Shown here piece by piece: positions 51,690 to 64,000 of a stretch of 64,000 nucleotides of DNA. Below the pieces are notes generated by a model that was given only the letters and a program-made list of their open reading frames with translations, made no database searches and was not told the DNA's origin. A program made the position numbers and the translations under genes. How positions within the stretch are numbered: position 1 is the stretch's first letter; every line of letters starts with the position of its first letter. Origin of the DNA: Blasia pusilla (taxonomy: Eukaryota); assembly GCA_050084515.1 (NCBI GenBank), contig CM114271.1, positions 44,330,001 through 44,394,000 of the forward strand, given 5' to 3'.

Positions 51690-54162
51690 CTCGCAGGTCA
51701 CCTCCTAAGAGCAGGTTACATATGACCTCTAAAAATAGGGAAGTACAAGGCTCCTCTAAGGCCTTGATACTATCTCATCCTACGTCTCATCTACGATGAC
51801 AAATCTCATTGCTTTTGTGACGTCTGTTGTAACAAAATGAAAAAAATCCTTGTAGCATAAGTAGGTAGATCACAAGACACTCCCAAGATCAAGAATGATA
51901 TATTGAAGAATAGGATAGCCTAAGTATGTAGGCTACCCCATATTTTGGGCTCATTTGGAGTTGTTTTGAAGAACTTGGCATTTTGGGTAAATCTCCTATT
52001 TACGGCCTCTACAAATAGGCCTTAAAATTAATGCTTCTTAGGGACGGCTCCATGTCCCCGTTTTTGGATCTGGCTAAAGAGGGCATCCAACACTGCACTA
52101 AGCAAGATTGCCACATTTTAATTTGTCGAGGATATACCTGGTAGCCTACAATATGGCTAGCACTTCCGTATTATTACACTCTATGAAACCCATTTGGCGG
52201 TTTTAGCTACCTGATTACACTCCACTAAACCCAACCTAAACCCAATGGACCGCTCCGTGCTCTATCTCGTGCAGATTTGCACATCATCTGAAAGTGCAAG
52301 GGCGTTCATTTGTTCATAACAGATGTGCAAGGGTGTTCATTTGTTCACGATTCGTGACAAATCTGCAAGGGCATTCATTTTTTCACGATTCGTAACAGAT
52401 CTTCCATGAGTTAACTCATCCATGTGAACCTGCAATGCTAATAAGGTCTACGACATGTCACTACGGAGTTTGAGCTACAAAATTCCCCGTTGTCCAATAT
52501 TTCTTTTCCATCTTCGTTCAACATTGTACACGGGTAGGCAAAATTTCACTTCGGTTGATTTGCATTTCTCTCTACTTTCCACTTGGGCCGTGCCTTGAAA
52601 ATTGGGTCTTAAAGCATTCCTTTACTCTGTTGGTGTGCTGATTTGGTCCTGAGGTGCAATCGAGGTAAATTTACATCAACTCTTACTCTCTCGCGCTCTC
52701 ACAATGTGTTCAAGCGCAATGGTTTTTCATTTTCCTCTAATCATATTTGGAATTCAATGTGCTTCCATCCAAGTCTCGTACTGATTGCAGTGTGTGTCTT
52801 CAAACTTTGACATTACCTCCGATAGTTCCTAAGGGTGCCAACCCTTCTCGTGCCCACTACTTAGTTTATGCTTGGAGTTTTGTTTTGGAGAAACGCACGC
52901 TTAAAGTGAATAGAGAAAATGGTACACGTGTGCAAAGAGAACTCACTCGCAATCCGCCCTCGCATGCAAAGTGCAGTGGGAGAAACCCACCTCTTGTGTC
53001 TTGATCTAGGGCCAAGGAATGTGACTGATGTTGTACTTCCCTTCCAGGCTCTTGAAAACCTCTTCGATGTTGTCGTACTTGTTGTTCTTGTACACGTACC
53101 ATTTCTCTATCCCTAGAAATCCATTGTAAATGATAAACTCTTTCAGAAAGGCGGCCTCGTTCCAGAGCATGGTACACGCATAGATGTGGAACCTCCTTTG
53201 CGTCAGCTACGAATTCAATGGTGAAGATTCCTCTCTTCTACTTCTTGCCAAAAAACCACATGATTGCGTCCTTTCTAGGCAAATTGGACCTATCCACTAT
53301 TCACCAACAGCATAATTTCATCCGAAATGCCACGATGTTTCGAACGGTCACCAGACCAGAGCTGTGGGGGATTACATGAGAGGGATCCTCCACGAGATCC
53401 CATCGATTCTTGCCTATGTGTGGTTTGGTCATGGGCTAATTTATTCCTCCGATCTAATCCCCTACGCTCTTTTGTTCCACCGGTCCTCTCCCTTCTCTTC
53501 TGGCGTTTCTTCTCTGTCCGTTCTCGCCATCCCTGTTTCTTTCCACACGCTCCCTCCTCATTTGGGAGCTCCTTTGCATCTGCAATTTTGTGCTTGGAAG
53601 GTAGAATCTTGACGTCTTGCCTCAATATTCTTGGTCAAAAGAATAGAGAATAGCCCCGGAATGAGCAAAATGAAAAGCAAGAAACTTCCCGTTTTCTCTT
53701 TTCTCTTCCGTGATCATTGAGATTACTTCAGGGTGGCTCTTCTTACCATAGTTGAGATGAATGTGCGGAAGCTAAGGCTGTGGAAGAGATGTTATATTCT
53801 GAATGTGTTTTCATTCCTCTGGTTTATGTTTGGTCTAGGTGTGCTGTAGGTGAGACTAGACTTGGATAACCTTTTTCTCAAGTAGATAAGCTAATTCAAA
53901 ATAAAACATTCATTTCATAAGCTTAACATCAATAGGTTTCATTGGTACATTTTTTTGTATCCCCTAGATTCACTAACAAATCATTTTATCCCATGAATTT
54001 CTTGATACAAGTGAGGCAGATCTGATAAAGCGTTATCTAGCTAGACACATACACACTCATGTACTATCTTTGTTTCATTTTTTACTTACGCACCAGAATT
54101 CATTTGGAACTAATGATTATGTAAATTTGTTTCAAGTACACTCTCAATGCACTCATTTAATA

Positions 54163-54862
54163 GTAGCATCTGCAAGTGACCTTTCATAGACTTTATTGGG
54201 CAGCACACATGGGTAGGATGTTACACACTTCTATTATAACTACTACCTTGAAATTACACCATATGCAATTGTAGGATTTTTGAGATAGTGATTTAAATCA
54301 CTCTCAATACAGTTTGATTCCTTATCAAAATTTCCAGCTTAGATTTTCCTGCAAATATGTCCTCCAACAGCCTGTTAGAAACAATCCATCTATTAGCAAG
54401 AGTCCATCCTACATCCAACATATGATTTGGTTGTACCTCTGTAGCTATACCATAGAAAGTGACAATAGAAGCATCTGCAAGTGACCTTTTATAGACTTTA
54501 CTGGGTAGCACACATGGGTAGGATGTTACACACTTCCATTATAACTACTATCTTGAAATTACACCATATGCAATTGTAGGAGTTTTGAGATAGTGATTTA
54601 AATCACTCTCAATACAGTTTGATTCCTTATCAAAATTTCCAGCTTAGATTTTCCTGCAAATATGTCCTCCAACAGCCTGTTAGAAACAATCCATCTGTTA
54701 GCAAGAGTCCATCCTACATCCAACACATGATTTGGTTGTACCTCTGTAGCCATACCATAGAAAGTGACAATAGAAGCATCTGCAAGTGATCTTTTATAGA
54801 CTTTACTGGGTAGCACACATGGGTAGGATGTTACACACTTCTATTATAACTACTACCTTGAA
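54163..54862. repeat. 305-bp tandem repeat (~2.3 copies, plus a partial diverged copy to ~55003)
   Basis: Near-identical units, reflected in the twin ORFs at 54293-54511 and 54598-54816. Confidence 0.9.
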
Positions 54863-55269
54863 TATAACTACTACACTCTCAATACAATTTGGTTCCTGCT
54901 CTGATTTTCCTATTAGAAACAATCCATATGTTAGCAGGAGTCCATCCCACATCTAATATATGACTTGGTTGTACCTCTGTAGCCATATCATAGAAAGTGA
55001 CAAGTACCATACAATGACATACTCAACAACAACACTACATGGTCCATAATTATGTGTTATGCTTGTTGGGTACATACTGAAGTGACAAATAAATTGATAC
55101 ATCAGCAAGGCATGAGATCCTGCAATCCTAAGACATATTCTTTAGTGTCCCACACATATATCAGTTATTTGAAGTTGACATATTTCAAGTTCTATCAACT
55201 GTGAGAGATACTATTGGGAAGTTCACATTCTTCTAAGTGTATTGAGAATTTTTTTAAAAAAATGCCAGG

Positions 55270-55415
55270 GGTTAGGGGTGAAATGCCACTCGAACCCAGA
55301 GCTAGCTGGTTCTCCCCAAAATGCGTTGAGGCGCAGCAGTTGACTGGACTATCTAGGGGTAAAGCACTGTTTCGGTGCGGGCTGTGAGAGCGGTACCAAA
55401 TCGAGGCAAACTCTG
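55270..55415 (+). rRNA. rrn23: Plastid 23S rRNA gene fragment (NUPT, non-functional)
   Basis: ggttaggggtgaaatgccactcgaacccagagctagctggttctcccc...taggggtaaagcactgtttcggtgcgggc...gcggtaccaaatcgaggcaaactctg is recognisable chloroplast 23S sequence. It is a 146-bp GC-rich island in AT-rich flanks. Confidence 0.9.
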
Positions 55416-55849
55416 GTGCCCCATGCTACTCGGGTTAGAACTTAAGCTTATGCTACTTTCGGTTACTGGACTTTCACCATGTAGATGTTATTGCCACAAT
55501 TTCATTTACTTTTGTAAATTGTTACCTGAGACTCATACTAAGATCAGATCATTTGTGCTCTAAATCATTCAACTTTGTGCGATACTTATAATGGCATCAA
55601 CTACAAGGAAGTCTCGGCACTACATAGAGTTCCCAAGGACCACTCCTTCGTTGCAAAAAAAACTCTATCCCACTTAAGCCAACTTTTCATCACAACTTAC
55701 GCATTCAATACTTGCGTCAATCATTTGCTTTCTCCTAGAAAAGGTTGTCTACATGTAGAACACTTGTACGGAAGAAGGTTGCAATGCAGAATATAATACA
55801 ATGTAGATCTCATTGCCATGATTGGTCTTCTTCCAATTACCACCTGCTT

Positions 55850-58800
55850 AAATCGTAGAAGTTATGTTCTCCTACAATTAAGAAAATGCAATGTTGTGGA
55901 TATTGTGGAATTATACTCTACAGCAATCCACGTTCTCATATGGCAGTTGTGTACTCACCTGAACCACCCCCATATGTATTATGCAATAGTTTTCTCAGAG
56001 ACTTTGTAATTCCCATAGTGGATCATTTCCATGCAGATATGCATTGCTAATAGACCCATAATAGAATTCAATGTATACCTAACTCCTGCATATATTTGAA
56101 GTATATCGTTTGTCAATCCTATGGAATTACAACTTCTTTCAATTGTAGACTCAAGAATATGTATTGAAAATAAATTCAACAATTTTCATAAGGGATTTTT
56201 TTCCATGACCTTGTTAGACTCCCCGATTGTTGGATTTAATTTTAAATCTAGCATGATAGGGGTTTAGTCTCCACTAGATCCAACTATCAAACAATTGTTC
56301 ATGGTTAATTTCCAGATCAATGACCTATATAAAGATTACAAAGTTCTTCTAGAGTTACCACATCCAACATTCGGGCTCGTTGTGTTACCACCTTCCTACG
56401 TGCAGAGTATAATCAGATAATCACAAATTAAAGATCACGTTACTCATAGCATGGCCTATGATCCATACCATCTAGAGTTAAATATATTACAAGATATTTT
56501 ATATGAGTTTTGCCTTTTCATTTTGGACAAGGAGCTAGAAAAATTGAAAAAAAGAGAAACCTAACCTTCGCGAGGAAGAATTATATCGACATCTTTCAAA
56601 GTATTCCCTCAGTCCACAACTACCCGGTAGTCCTTCTTGGCATAGAAGACATCTTAAAGACGTGAAGGCCATGGTACACAAGTGGGGCATGCCCCACTTT
56701 TTCCTTACCCTCACATCAAATGAGATGTCATCTATACATTGGCATGAGATTGATGATATAGAAGATCTGCTTTCCAGGTTCAAAAACTCTTTCACCTGGA
56801 GAGATGCCCCTTCAAAATGTGCACAACTATTTCACACAAGACTATACTCCTTTTTGTCACTATTCATATTTTTTGGTCCACGCTTACTTGGGAAATTTTT
56901 TGATTATTTGTTGAGGTATGAATTGCAAAATAGGGGTAGTCTCCATTGTCACATGATACTTTGGATAGAAAAGATGGATATTGATCGTGTTACATTAGAG
57001 ATATGCACGTACATACCATCCACCACGCCAGTAACCACCCATCAATTGAACATACCACTTGATGCATCTATTACATTAAGAGAGTATGTTTTAACTAAAA
57101 AACTCCACAAATGTAAGGATGGTGTTTGTATTGTTCACAGAAAAAACCAGAAACCATATTGTCGTTTAGGATTTCCAACATCTCCTAATTTGCAAACTAC
57201 ACCTTTCATTGATCCAAAATCGAAAAGATAGAACTACTTCTGACCATCATTAGATCATAGAAATGTAATACCGTATCATTCACTTATCCTTCTATGGGGC
57301 ACACATATGAACATTCAACCAATCACCAACAAAAATTGGTCATTTTATTTGCTCAAATATGCACTCAAGTCCAAACCCACAGGCTCACTTGATATAGATA
57401 CAAAAACAACAGTATGCTTAGGGCTTCAGGGATTGGATGAGATAAAATTGAAGCTCATTTCTGGTATAGTTTTGAACAAATCAGTATCTTCCATAGAGGC
57501 AGCTTTAATTTCAATGCAGATACCTATTATTTATAGGTCTCAAGTAGTACATTATATAGATAGTAATCCCCCAACTAGAAGGAACTCACTCTACAGAAAT
57601 GCTTTAGTGCCTTGCATACATCCAACAAAATTGTACTGTAATAGACCAACTTGCCTAGATGGACTAACTTTCATAGATTATTAGACAAGTTATGAATTAT
57701 TCAAAGAGTAGGAAAAAAAAAACAAGCCGTAGGACTCGATAATCTGGGAAATGTTGTATGTAAGACCATACGAATTGTTAAATTCACATAATTTCATCCA
57801 TTCCATAAATGGAATGCTTTTTTATACTTAGTTTTATTGGCTCATGTGCCATTCCGTGTTGAATCCTCACTTATATCTTCTGCTTCACACATATGGACTT
57901 ATCTTCATAAATGTGTTCAACGAACGATTATCACTTCTTTCGATGATGTTCGTGAATTGATTAGAACATATGCACTTAAGAACCTTTGGAGTAATGTCCA
58001 TATGGCAGAAATAGTTTCCAAAGCAAGTAACAATCTTGAACCTAAATTTCACTTGGATATTAATGAGATGCTTACACAGCATCAAGATGATATTCCTTCA
58101 AGTGTTGTTTCAGATGCCACTCACATAGATGATTTTCAGGAATGTCCTTTAAATGAAGAACAACAGCTTCTCTTTGAAGCTCTATCGAACCATGATTCTA
58201 GTCTTGTCATTTTGAGAAGGCCGCGTGGTTGTGGGAAGACATTTTTTCATTACTTATATGTACAAGTTCTGGCAGAGAAATGGCATATTTCCTCTCTTGA
58301 CAACCACTACTAGAATAGCAGCTGTTAGACTTCATTTAGAGGCTGCAATTGTTCACTCTTCATTTGCAATACCTATACGCGGAGATCTTTCCTCTATGCA
58401 TATTACTTCTGATACATATCTACGTCTTAGGAATGCACAGGTAATTGTTGTGGATGAATGTTCTATGTTGACACCTAAACTACTCCAGATTATAGCAATG
58501 AGGTTAAATGAGGCATGTCCAGAAAATTCTCATCGACCATTTGCTGGGAAATTAGTACTATTAGTTGCTGACTTTTGTCAGCTCCCTCCTATATGTACCC
58601 ATAAAATTGTAGACTTCAATCGATGTTGTCACTTGTCTACATCAAAATTCATGCAGAACGAAACTATTTATGGGCTATCCACTCCAGTAAGTCACAATTC
58701 TGATCCAGAATACTTGTTGTTTTTTTAACTCTTTTAGGATTTGTGAACCATCACAAATCCAGATTGACCAATGCATAGGTCACTGTTTTGAGTCTGAAAA

Positions 58801-59412
58801 TGAAGCTGTTGATTTCATACAGTCAGATACAACTATAGTATGCATCTCGAAGATGTAGATATCTTTAATATGCTCACACTAAGGCGTCTGTTAGGTGATG
58901 CCTCAATACTACATGTGAAAGTAAAGTCACACGCCCCATTACATTCTGCATTTAGTGATTGGGTAGATGATCCTAGTTTTCACCAACTGCCTTTTCTAGC
59001 TCTCAATTGTCAAGTGATTCTTACTTGTAATATTAACTTGAAAATTTAGGCAGCAAATGGATCTTTAGTTATTATTTCATATTTACTCTATAAGGATGAT
59101 GAGATAGTAACAATAGTTGTGAAAATTGTATCTAGTGGTCAATATATAAATGTAAATAGATCCAAATTTGCAACTCTAAGGTATGACTCTGATCACAAGT
59201 ATACTAAAAGAACGTTTCCCTTAATACTTGGTTACATTATGACGGGGCATAAAAGTCAGGGTTGTACAATTCATGGTCGCTGTCTTATAGTAATCAGATC
59301 TATTTTTGCTCTTGGATTTGCATATGTTATGTTGTCTAGAGTAAAAACACAAGAGAATCTTAAAATTTTTGGACCTCTCCGTCGAGAGGACTTCATGCTT
59401 TTCAAATTATGA
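55850..59412 (+). pseudogene. Helitron-type Rep (HUH/Y2) - PIF1 SF1 helicase gene, disrupted
   Basis: Rep motif 1 WGMPHFFLTLT, HUH motif RYELQNRGSLHCHMILW, Y2 motif YLLKYALK. Helicase GCGKTF, VIVVDECSML, PFAGKLVLLVADFCQLPP, FPLILGYIMTGHKSQG and AYVMLSRV. Stops and frameshifts separate the ORFs at 56662, 57307, 57837, 58225, 58840 and 59119. The start is approximate. Confidence 0.9.
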
Positions 59413-59461
59413 GGTTTCATTGTAGTGATCTAATGTTCATTTCTTTTCCAATTAGTTCAAC

Positions 59462-61801
59462 ATGGCATCACGTAGCTACATGAACAGAGGGAGGAGCTCC
59501 AAATCACCTGCTCAAGGCAGTCTTGCAATATAGGCTCATGATTCTTCTCATTCTCTACCTCTATATGAGCACAAAACGAATCTAAGTGTAGGTCAAGCAA
59601 GTGTGGCACAACCTACTCATCAGCACCAACAACTTGCACGTGAGGTAAACAATTATTCAGAGTCCACATTCACATTTATTATTCTACAGACTTTTCCTCT
59701 TTAACATAATTTTGCAGGTGCCCACAACTTATCTCGACTTTCCAAGCATGCTATTGGACGATATTAATGCTCAGCAACCTGAGGTTCAGCCAAAATTCAC
59801 AACACCTACTCAAAACTAGATGAAATATTTAGATAATTTAGGCTACCAGCCAGCATTTTGGGAACATGGGGTGACTGGCCGCTAGATTCAGACATTCATA
59901 GGTCAAGGCCAACTATGGGACTCCAAATTCAGACGATTAAATAAGGATGGTCTAGCCACAAGTAGACACTACTTTTATTTTCTTTGCATTCTAGCTCATG
60001 ATTTCAGACCTCATTTTATCCAGATCTTCTCCATAACTCTCTTGAATTATGAATCTCAGACATTCAAAAGGAAGCACTCAAGTTCAAAAAAGTAGATTTC
60101 AAAGAGACATCCTTGACAAGACAGGATGAAGCTAGGTTGTTCAATGATGTCTCAAGAGGAATAAGATTGGACCAAATGAGGACACTTAGGCATGAGATGC
60201 ACTTACCATTAAGCATGCTCATTGACCTCACATCTGTGAAAGCCACTCGTTTTCTTGACCGCATGAAAGCTGCTAAAGAAGCTTGTCAACTGCCTGAATT
60301 TGAACCTCTCCCAATTGATCTTGATAATACAAACACACTTCCCCCTCTGCCAGAGCTTGATAATGTCATAGTTCTGTCTTCTACACATGGCAATAATAAC
60401 TTGAGAGCAACAACCTCTGCTATCAATCAAGATGTTCCGAATGTCATACCATCTGCTGCATACCAGTTCGAGGTTGCATCCACCTCCTATCATCCCAATG
60501 GCATCATCACATCACCCAACAAGGGCAAGTGCGCTAAGTTAGGTATCTTTTCAGTTTTCTTCCTGAACACGTCAAATACAACTTTGTCTTCCCTCTTTAT
60601 TGTTATCAATATTAGGTTGTCCATTGCAATGTGTACATTAGCAACTTTCCACTCTTTCAATCAAGTTTTACACTTTTTCAAGTTTAGGTGAGGTAACTTA
60701 TTTATGCAATTTCTTCTTATGCAGGACATAACTGTTTCTCGTCACAATAGTCTACAAAGTTTCTTCACTTTTACTTTCATGTGAGAATTCACTGATTGCA
60801 TTATCTTGCGGTTACATATTCATAGTATTTTGTTATTCTTATCCATTTCAAATCCATTACTACTCTTGAGTTCATATATTCGTTTTCATACTTCTGTTTC
60901 TACGTTATCTGAGTGAAGTCTCTTCACTTATTTCTCAACCATCACTACATCTTTCAATTACTATGGAGGTTTTTTGGTTTGTGAAAGGGTATTTCTCCTT
61001 GTTTCCAAATGTTAAATCTGTTTTGTTAACAGTCAAGTTAAGTATCTATACACTATTCTCATTACTTTTTCTCACTTGCTCAATCTTTGATATTCACGTC
61101 AAATAGAATTTATGTCTCTGTTAAACATTTTTATTAGTAACAAAGGTAACACTTCACATCTCATTACTTTCACTTCTCAATGTTGGGGCCTCATTTAAAA
61201 TCTTATAATTTTATTTCACTTGCTCTTAGTGCTTTTGTTATCTCCACTACACTTTACCATTTTTCAGGCATCCATATGTTCTAATCAACATTACAGATTT
61301 CTACAATCAGAACTTCTTCTCTTACTTCTATTTAATATCATCTCCAATTTCTTTTCTTCATTGCAGACTCAACACTTCAGGGTACGCCGACTATGTCGAC
61401 GTCCCAACTTCCACCCTTCATCTTCGAGCTCATATCCACCAGCAGGTGTGAATGTCAACCTGAATTTGGATTTTGGCACACCACCGCAAGAACACCATGG
61501 ATCAAGGAAACCTTCAGTTCCACTCAATGTTTACCGCAACATATCAGTGGCATTCAATGAGGCTGAAAAGAGATCGGAACATTTGTCTACAGAAATAGGT
61601 GTCCTCAAGGATATGTTAGGTTTAACTTCTGATGAATCACACAATTATATGTTGAGGCTCGAGTCTGAAGAGGAGCAACTTTGTATAGCTAGAGATGAAT
61701 TTGTTGATTTCTCAAAGGGTGTAGCTGATTTGATTCGTGATGATCCAAGGTTAAGTCTCCAATTGTTGGTGATTGAGTCAATGCTTCGATTGAACAAATA
61801 G
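59462..61801 (+). pseudogene. Intron-containing accessory gene of unknown function inside the Helitron-type element
   Basis: Phase-consistent exons 59462-59516 (GC donor), 59592-59644, 59718-59961 and 60060-~60530, plus a probable last exon ~61367-61801 with coiled-coil-like composition. Two in-frame TAG codons lie in exon 3. Confidence 0.55.
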
Positions 61802-63541
61802 TCACCAAGCATTATCAGACATATGAAGCAAGTTCATGGATGTAGTTTGGTATACCAGTCAAGTGTAACCAGTTCTGTTATCATTTTCATTATCATAATC
61901 TTGCAGAACATACTTGTAAACTTTAGCTATATTTAAGTAGATATCCACCTAAAGTTCTCGTAAATTTCTTTCAAACTTCCATGCTTGCAATATAAGGTAG
62001 TGTATTCCAACTGTTACTTTTTAGAACTTTTTGCTATAATTCTACACACTTACATGACAATTATACAAACTTGCTCTATCCATACAGATTTATTTTTGTT
62101 TTCTTATTTGTGTCATATTACTGCACTATTGAAGATTTGCTTCCTTTCATTCAATTTCATTTTTTCCCTCTCAAAGTTCTGCTTTCCTCCACTATATCTA
62201 ATTATCATTTATACATTTCATTTCTCATGTACACTGCTTGAAATCTGCCACATTTACTCAAGATCACATTTTCAATAGAGATGCAAAATTGCATGATCAT
62301 AAATTACATTTCCTAAGTATCTCTTCAATATGTTCTACAAAAGTTCAATTTATTTTCACATTAAAGCTTCCTCACTCTACAAGTGATTTCTTATATATTT
62401 TAACTCCACAATTATTTTACTCATATCTAAATAAATGTACAACATTCCTTCATACAAAAGTGTTCACCATAAATTTTCTTACATACTCAAAAGACATAAG
62501 AGATAAATTTGTCCAAGTTTATTTTTTTAACCTTATCATTCATATTTCCATCATCGGATCCATTCATATTCTATTCACATATTCCATTTCTTTACTATTG
62601 GACTTAACAAAACTTGTCCATTTAGAATACTCTACACGCTACTCACACTAAAATCATTTCTATAACCCCTTTAGGCCGCACACTAGTTTAAGTGTAATTG
62701 CCTTTCCATTTTGGTAAATTAGTGTTTGACCTACTATTATAGGTTAGGGTTGGGAAAGTGACTTGTGTGCAAAGATCACCAACGAAAGAGTTTAAGGAGA
62801 GGAAAATATATACCCAAGAAGAATGAGTTTGGGAGCTCATTCTCTTTGTTGAACCTCCTGTCACGAGATGGCCAAGCTATGATCTTTATTGTCTTGTGAG
62901 TAACTCAAGCCTCTTATGAGAAGAGTGGGTTTGGTTAAGAGAGAAAAAAAAAAGCAATTTTGATTTATCCCATTTAATTCGAGATATTTGGTACATGAAA
63001 GTCTATGCGCATAACATGAATCAGTACGACATCTCGTATTTATGCGTGCGTGAAAGGTAATAGCAATATATGTTGTGTAGTGATAGGTATGTCCTCAACA
63101 CATTTCTTACTCTACTCTACTTCTTTCTACTACACTCTCAACCACTATTCTAACTACACACTCCACCTTATGCATGTAAAGATACAACCCCAAGGTGAAC
63201 ACTTTGCCCTCGCCCTACGTTGGATCTTGATGCACTTTTTGCTCATGTTACGCCTCTAGCTTTGTGTTGTGCCTCTACTTCTATGTTTGGTCTCTAGTTG
63301 TACTCCCATACCCGTTGGTTGTTAGTTATGATTATCCTCTTGCTCTTATGTAGGTCTGTTATCTTTGACTACATGATTGCATTTCTATCCTTGTGACACT
63401 CATTGGATTTTTATTTAGTTACTCTGCTATTTCTTCATACAAACTGAGGGCTTAATCATGCTTAGTTCTGCATGTTTGCTTCTTGCAGGGCTTGCAGCTC
63501 AAGTTTTATCACCAAAGCTCATCTTGGTGCTCGCCCTTTGC

Positions 63542-63544
<3 letters not shown>

Positions 63545-63604
<60 letters not shown>
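63545..63604. repeat. (AG)30 microsatellite
   Basis: Perfect dinucleotide run. Confidence 0.98.
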
Positions 63605-63608
<4 letters not shown>

Positions 63609-64000
63609 TGATAGGTCTTGAAATTGTTGAAAATTCTTTGGCCAAGGAGACCTATTGAAAGAGAGTGGAATTGAGGGGAAGAGAGACTACGACTAGGGTC
63701 CCCAAAGAGATTAGTAAGTAGTTATGTGATTCTTGTATGGGATCAATAATGTTCAACATTTGATTTCTAGTACAGATCATGATAGATCTCCAAGTTGATC
63801 TCACGAAGATCTAATTTTTAATGTTAACCACGTCCGCCTAAGTCTTTGCAAGCTATATAGTCAATTTGACTTTTTGGTATTCTATATTCCTATTGTGACA
63901 TATTTTGGAACTTCCCTTTGATCTACCAAGCTTGTCATACATTTGAACTCTTGATCCTCGTCTCTAGATAGAACTATGTAGCCAAAGCCTATTCTAGAGT

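Larger units (their letters stand above)
51992..62686 (+). mobile_element. Large Helitron-type rolling-circle element (~10.7 kb; 5' boundary tentative)
   Basis: Internal Rep/helicase gene. The 3' end tataacccctttaggccgcacaCTAG|t is a transition-decayed hairpin plus CTAG at 62683-62686. The candidate 5' end a|TCtcctattt resembles the mini element at 1643. Confidence 0.55.

Noticed and set aside
52747-53653. Short ORFs in the 5' part of the Helitron-type element
   Set aside because: CT-rich, UTR-like sequence; no consistent frame or motif could be assembled.
63458-63658. ORF with an RE-repeat tract
   Set aside because: It is simply the translation of the (AG)n microsatellite.
62693-64000. Possible LTR starting TGTAAT after the Helitron end
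   Set aside because: No second terminus, TSD or coding remnant within the window.

Overview
Eukaryotic land-plant nuclear DNA: spliceosomal GT-AG introns, plant-type transposons and a plastid rRNA insert. A non-seed plant host is plausible but cannot be proven from sequence alone. Two intact 14-exon host genes sit in a transposon-rich matrix. (1) At 2124-8417 (+) is a ~1204-aa ankyrin + CCCH zinc finger + RRM + LOTUS/OST-HTH + RING-HC protein, a candidate RNA-binding E3 ligase. (2) At 40838-46205 (+) is a ~498-aa serine carboxypeptidase-like protein. Between them lie a decayed hAT transposase, three LTR families (solo LTRs, a chromovirus and a minus-strand Gypsy) nested inside each other and inside a canonical Helitron helicase gene, a ~180-bp degenerate tandem array and a cluster of mini-Helitrons. 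Downstream are a decayed LINE, a long hairpin and a ~10.7-kb Helitron-type element. That element has a non-canonical Rep/PIF1 gene, a plastid 23S rRNA fragment and a spliced accessory gene of unknown family starting 49 bp after the helicase stop. All gene models and boundaries were read by eye; no database searches were run.
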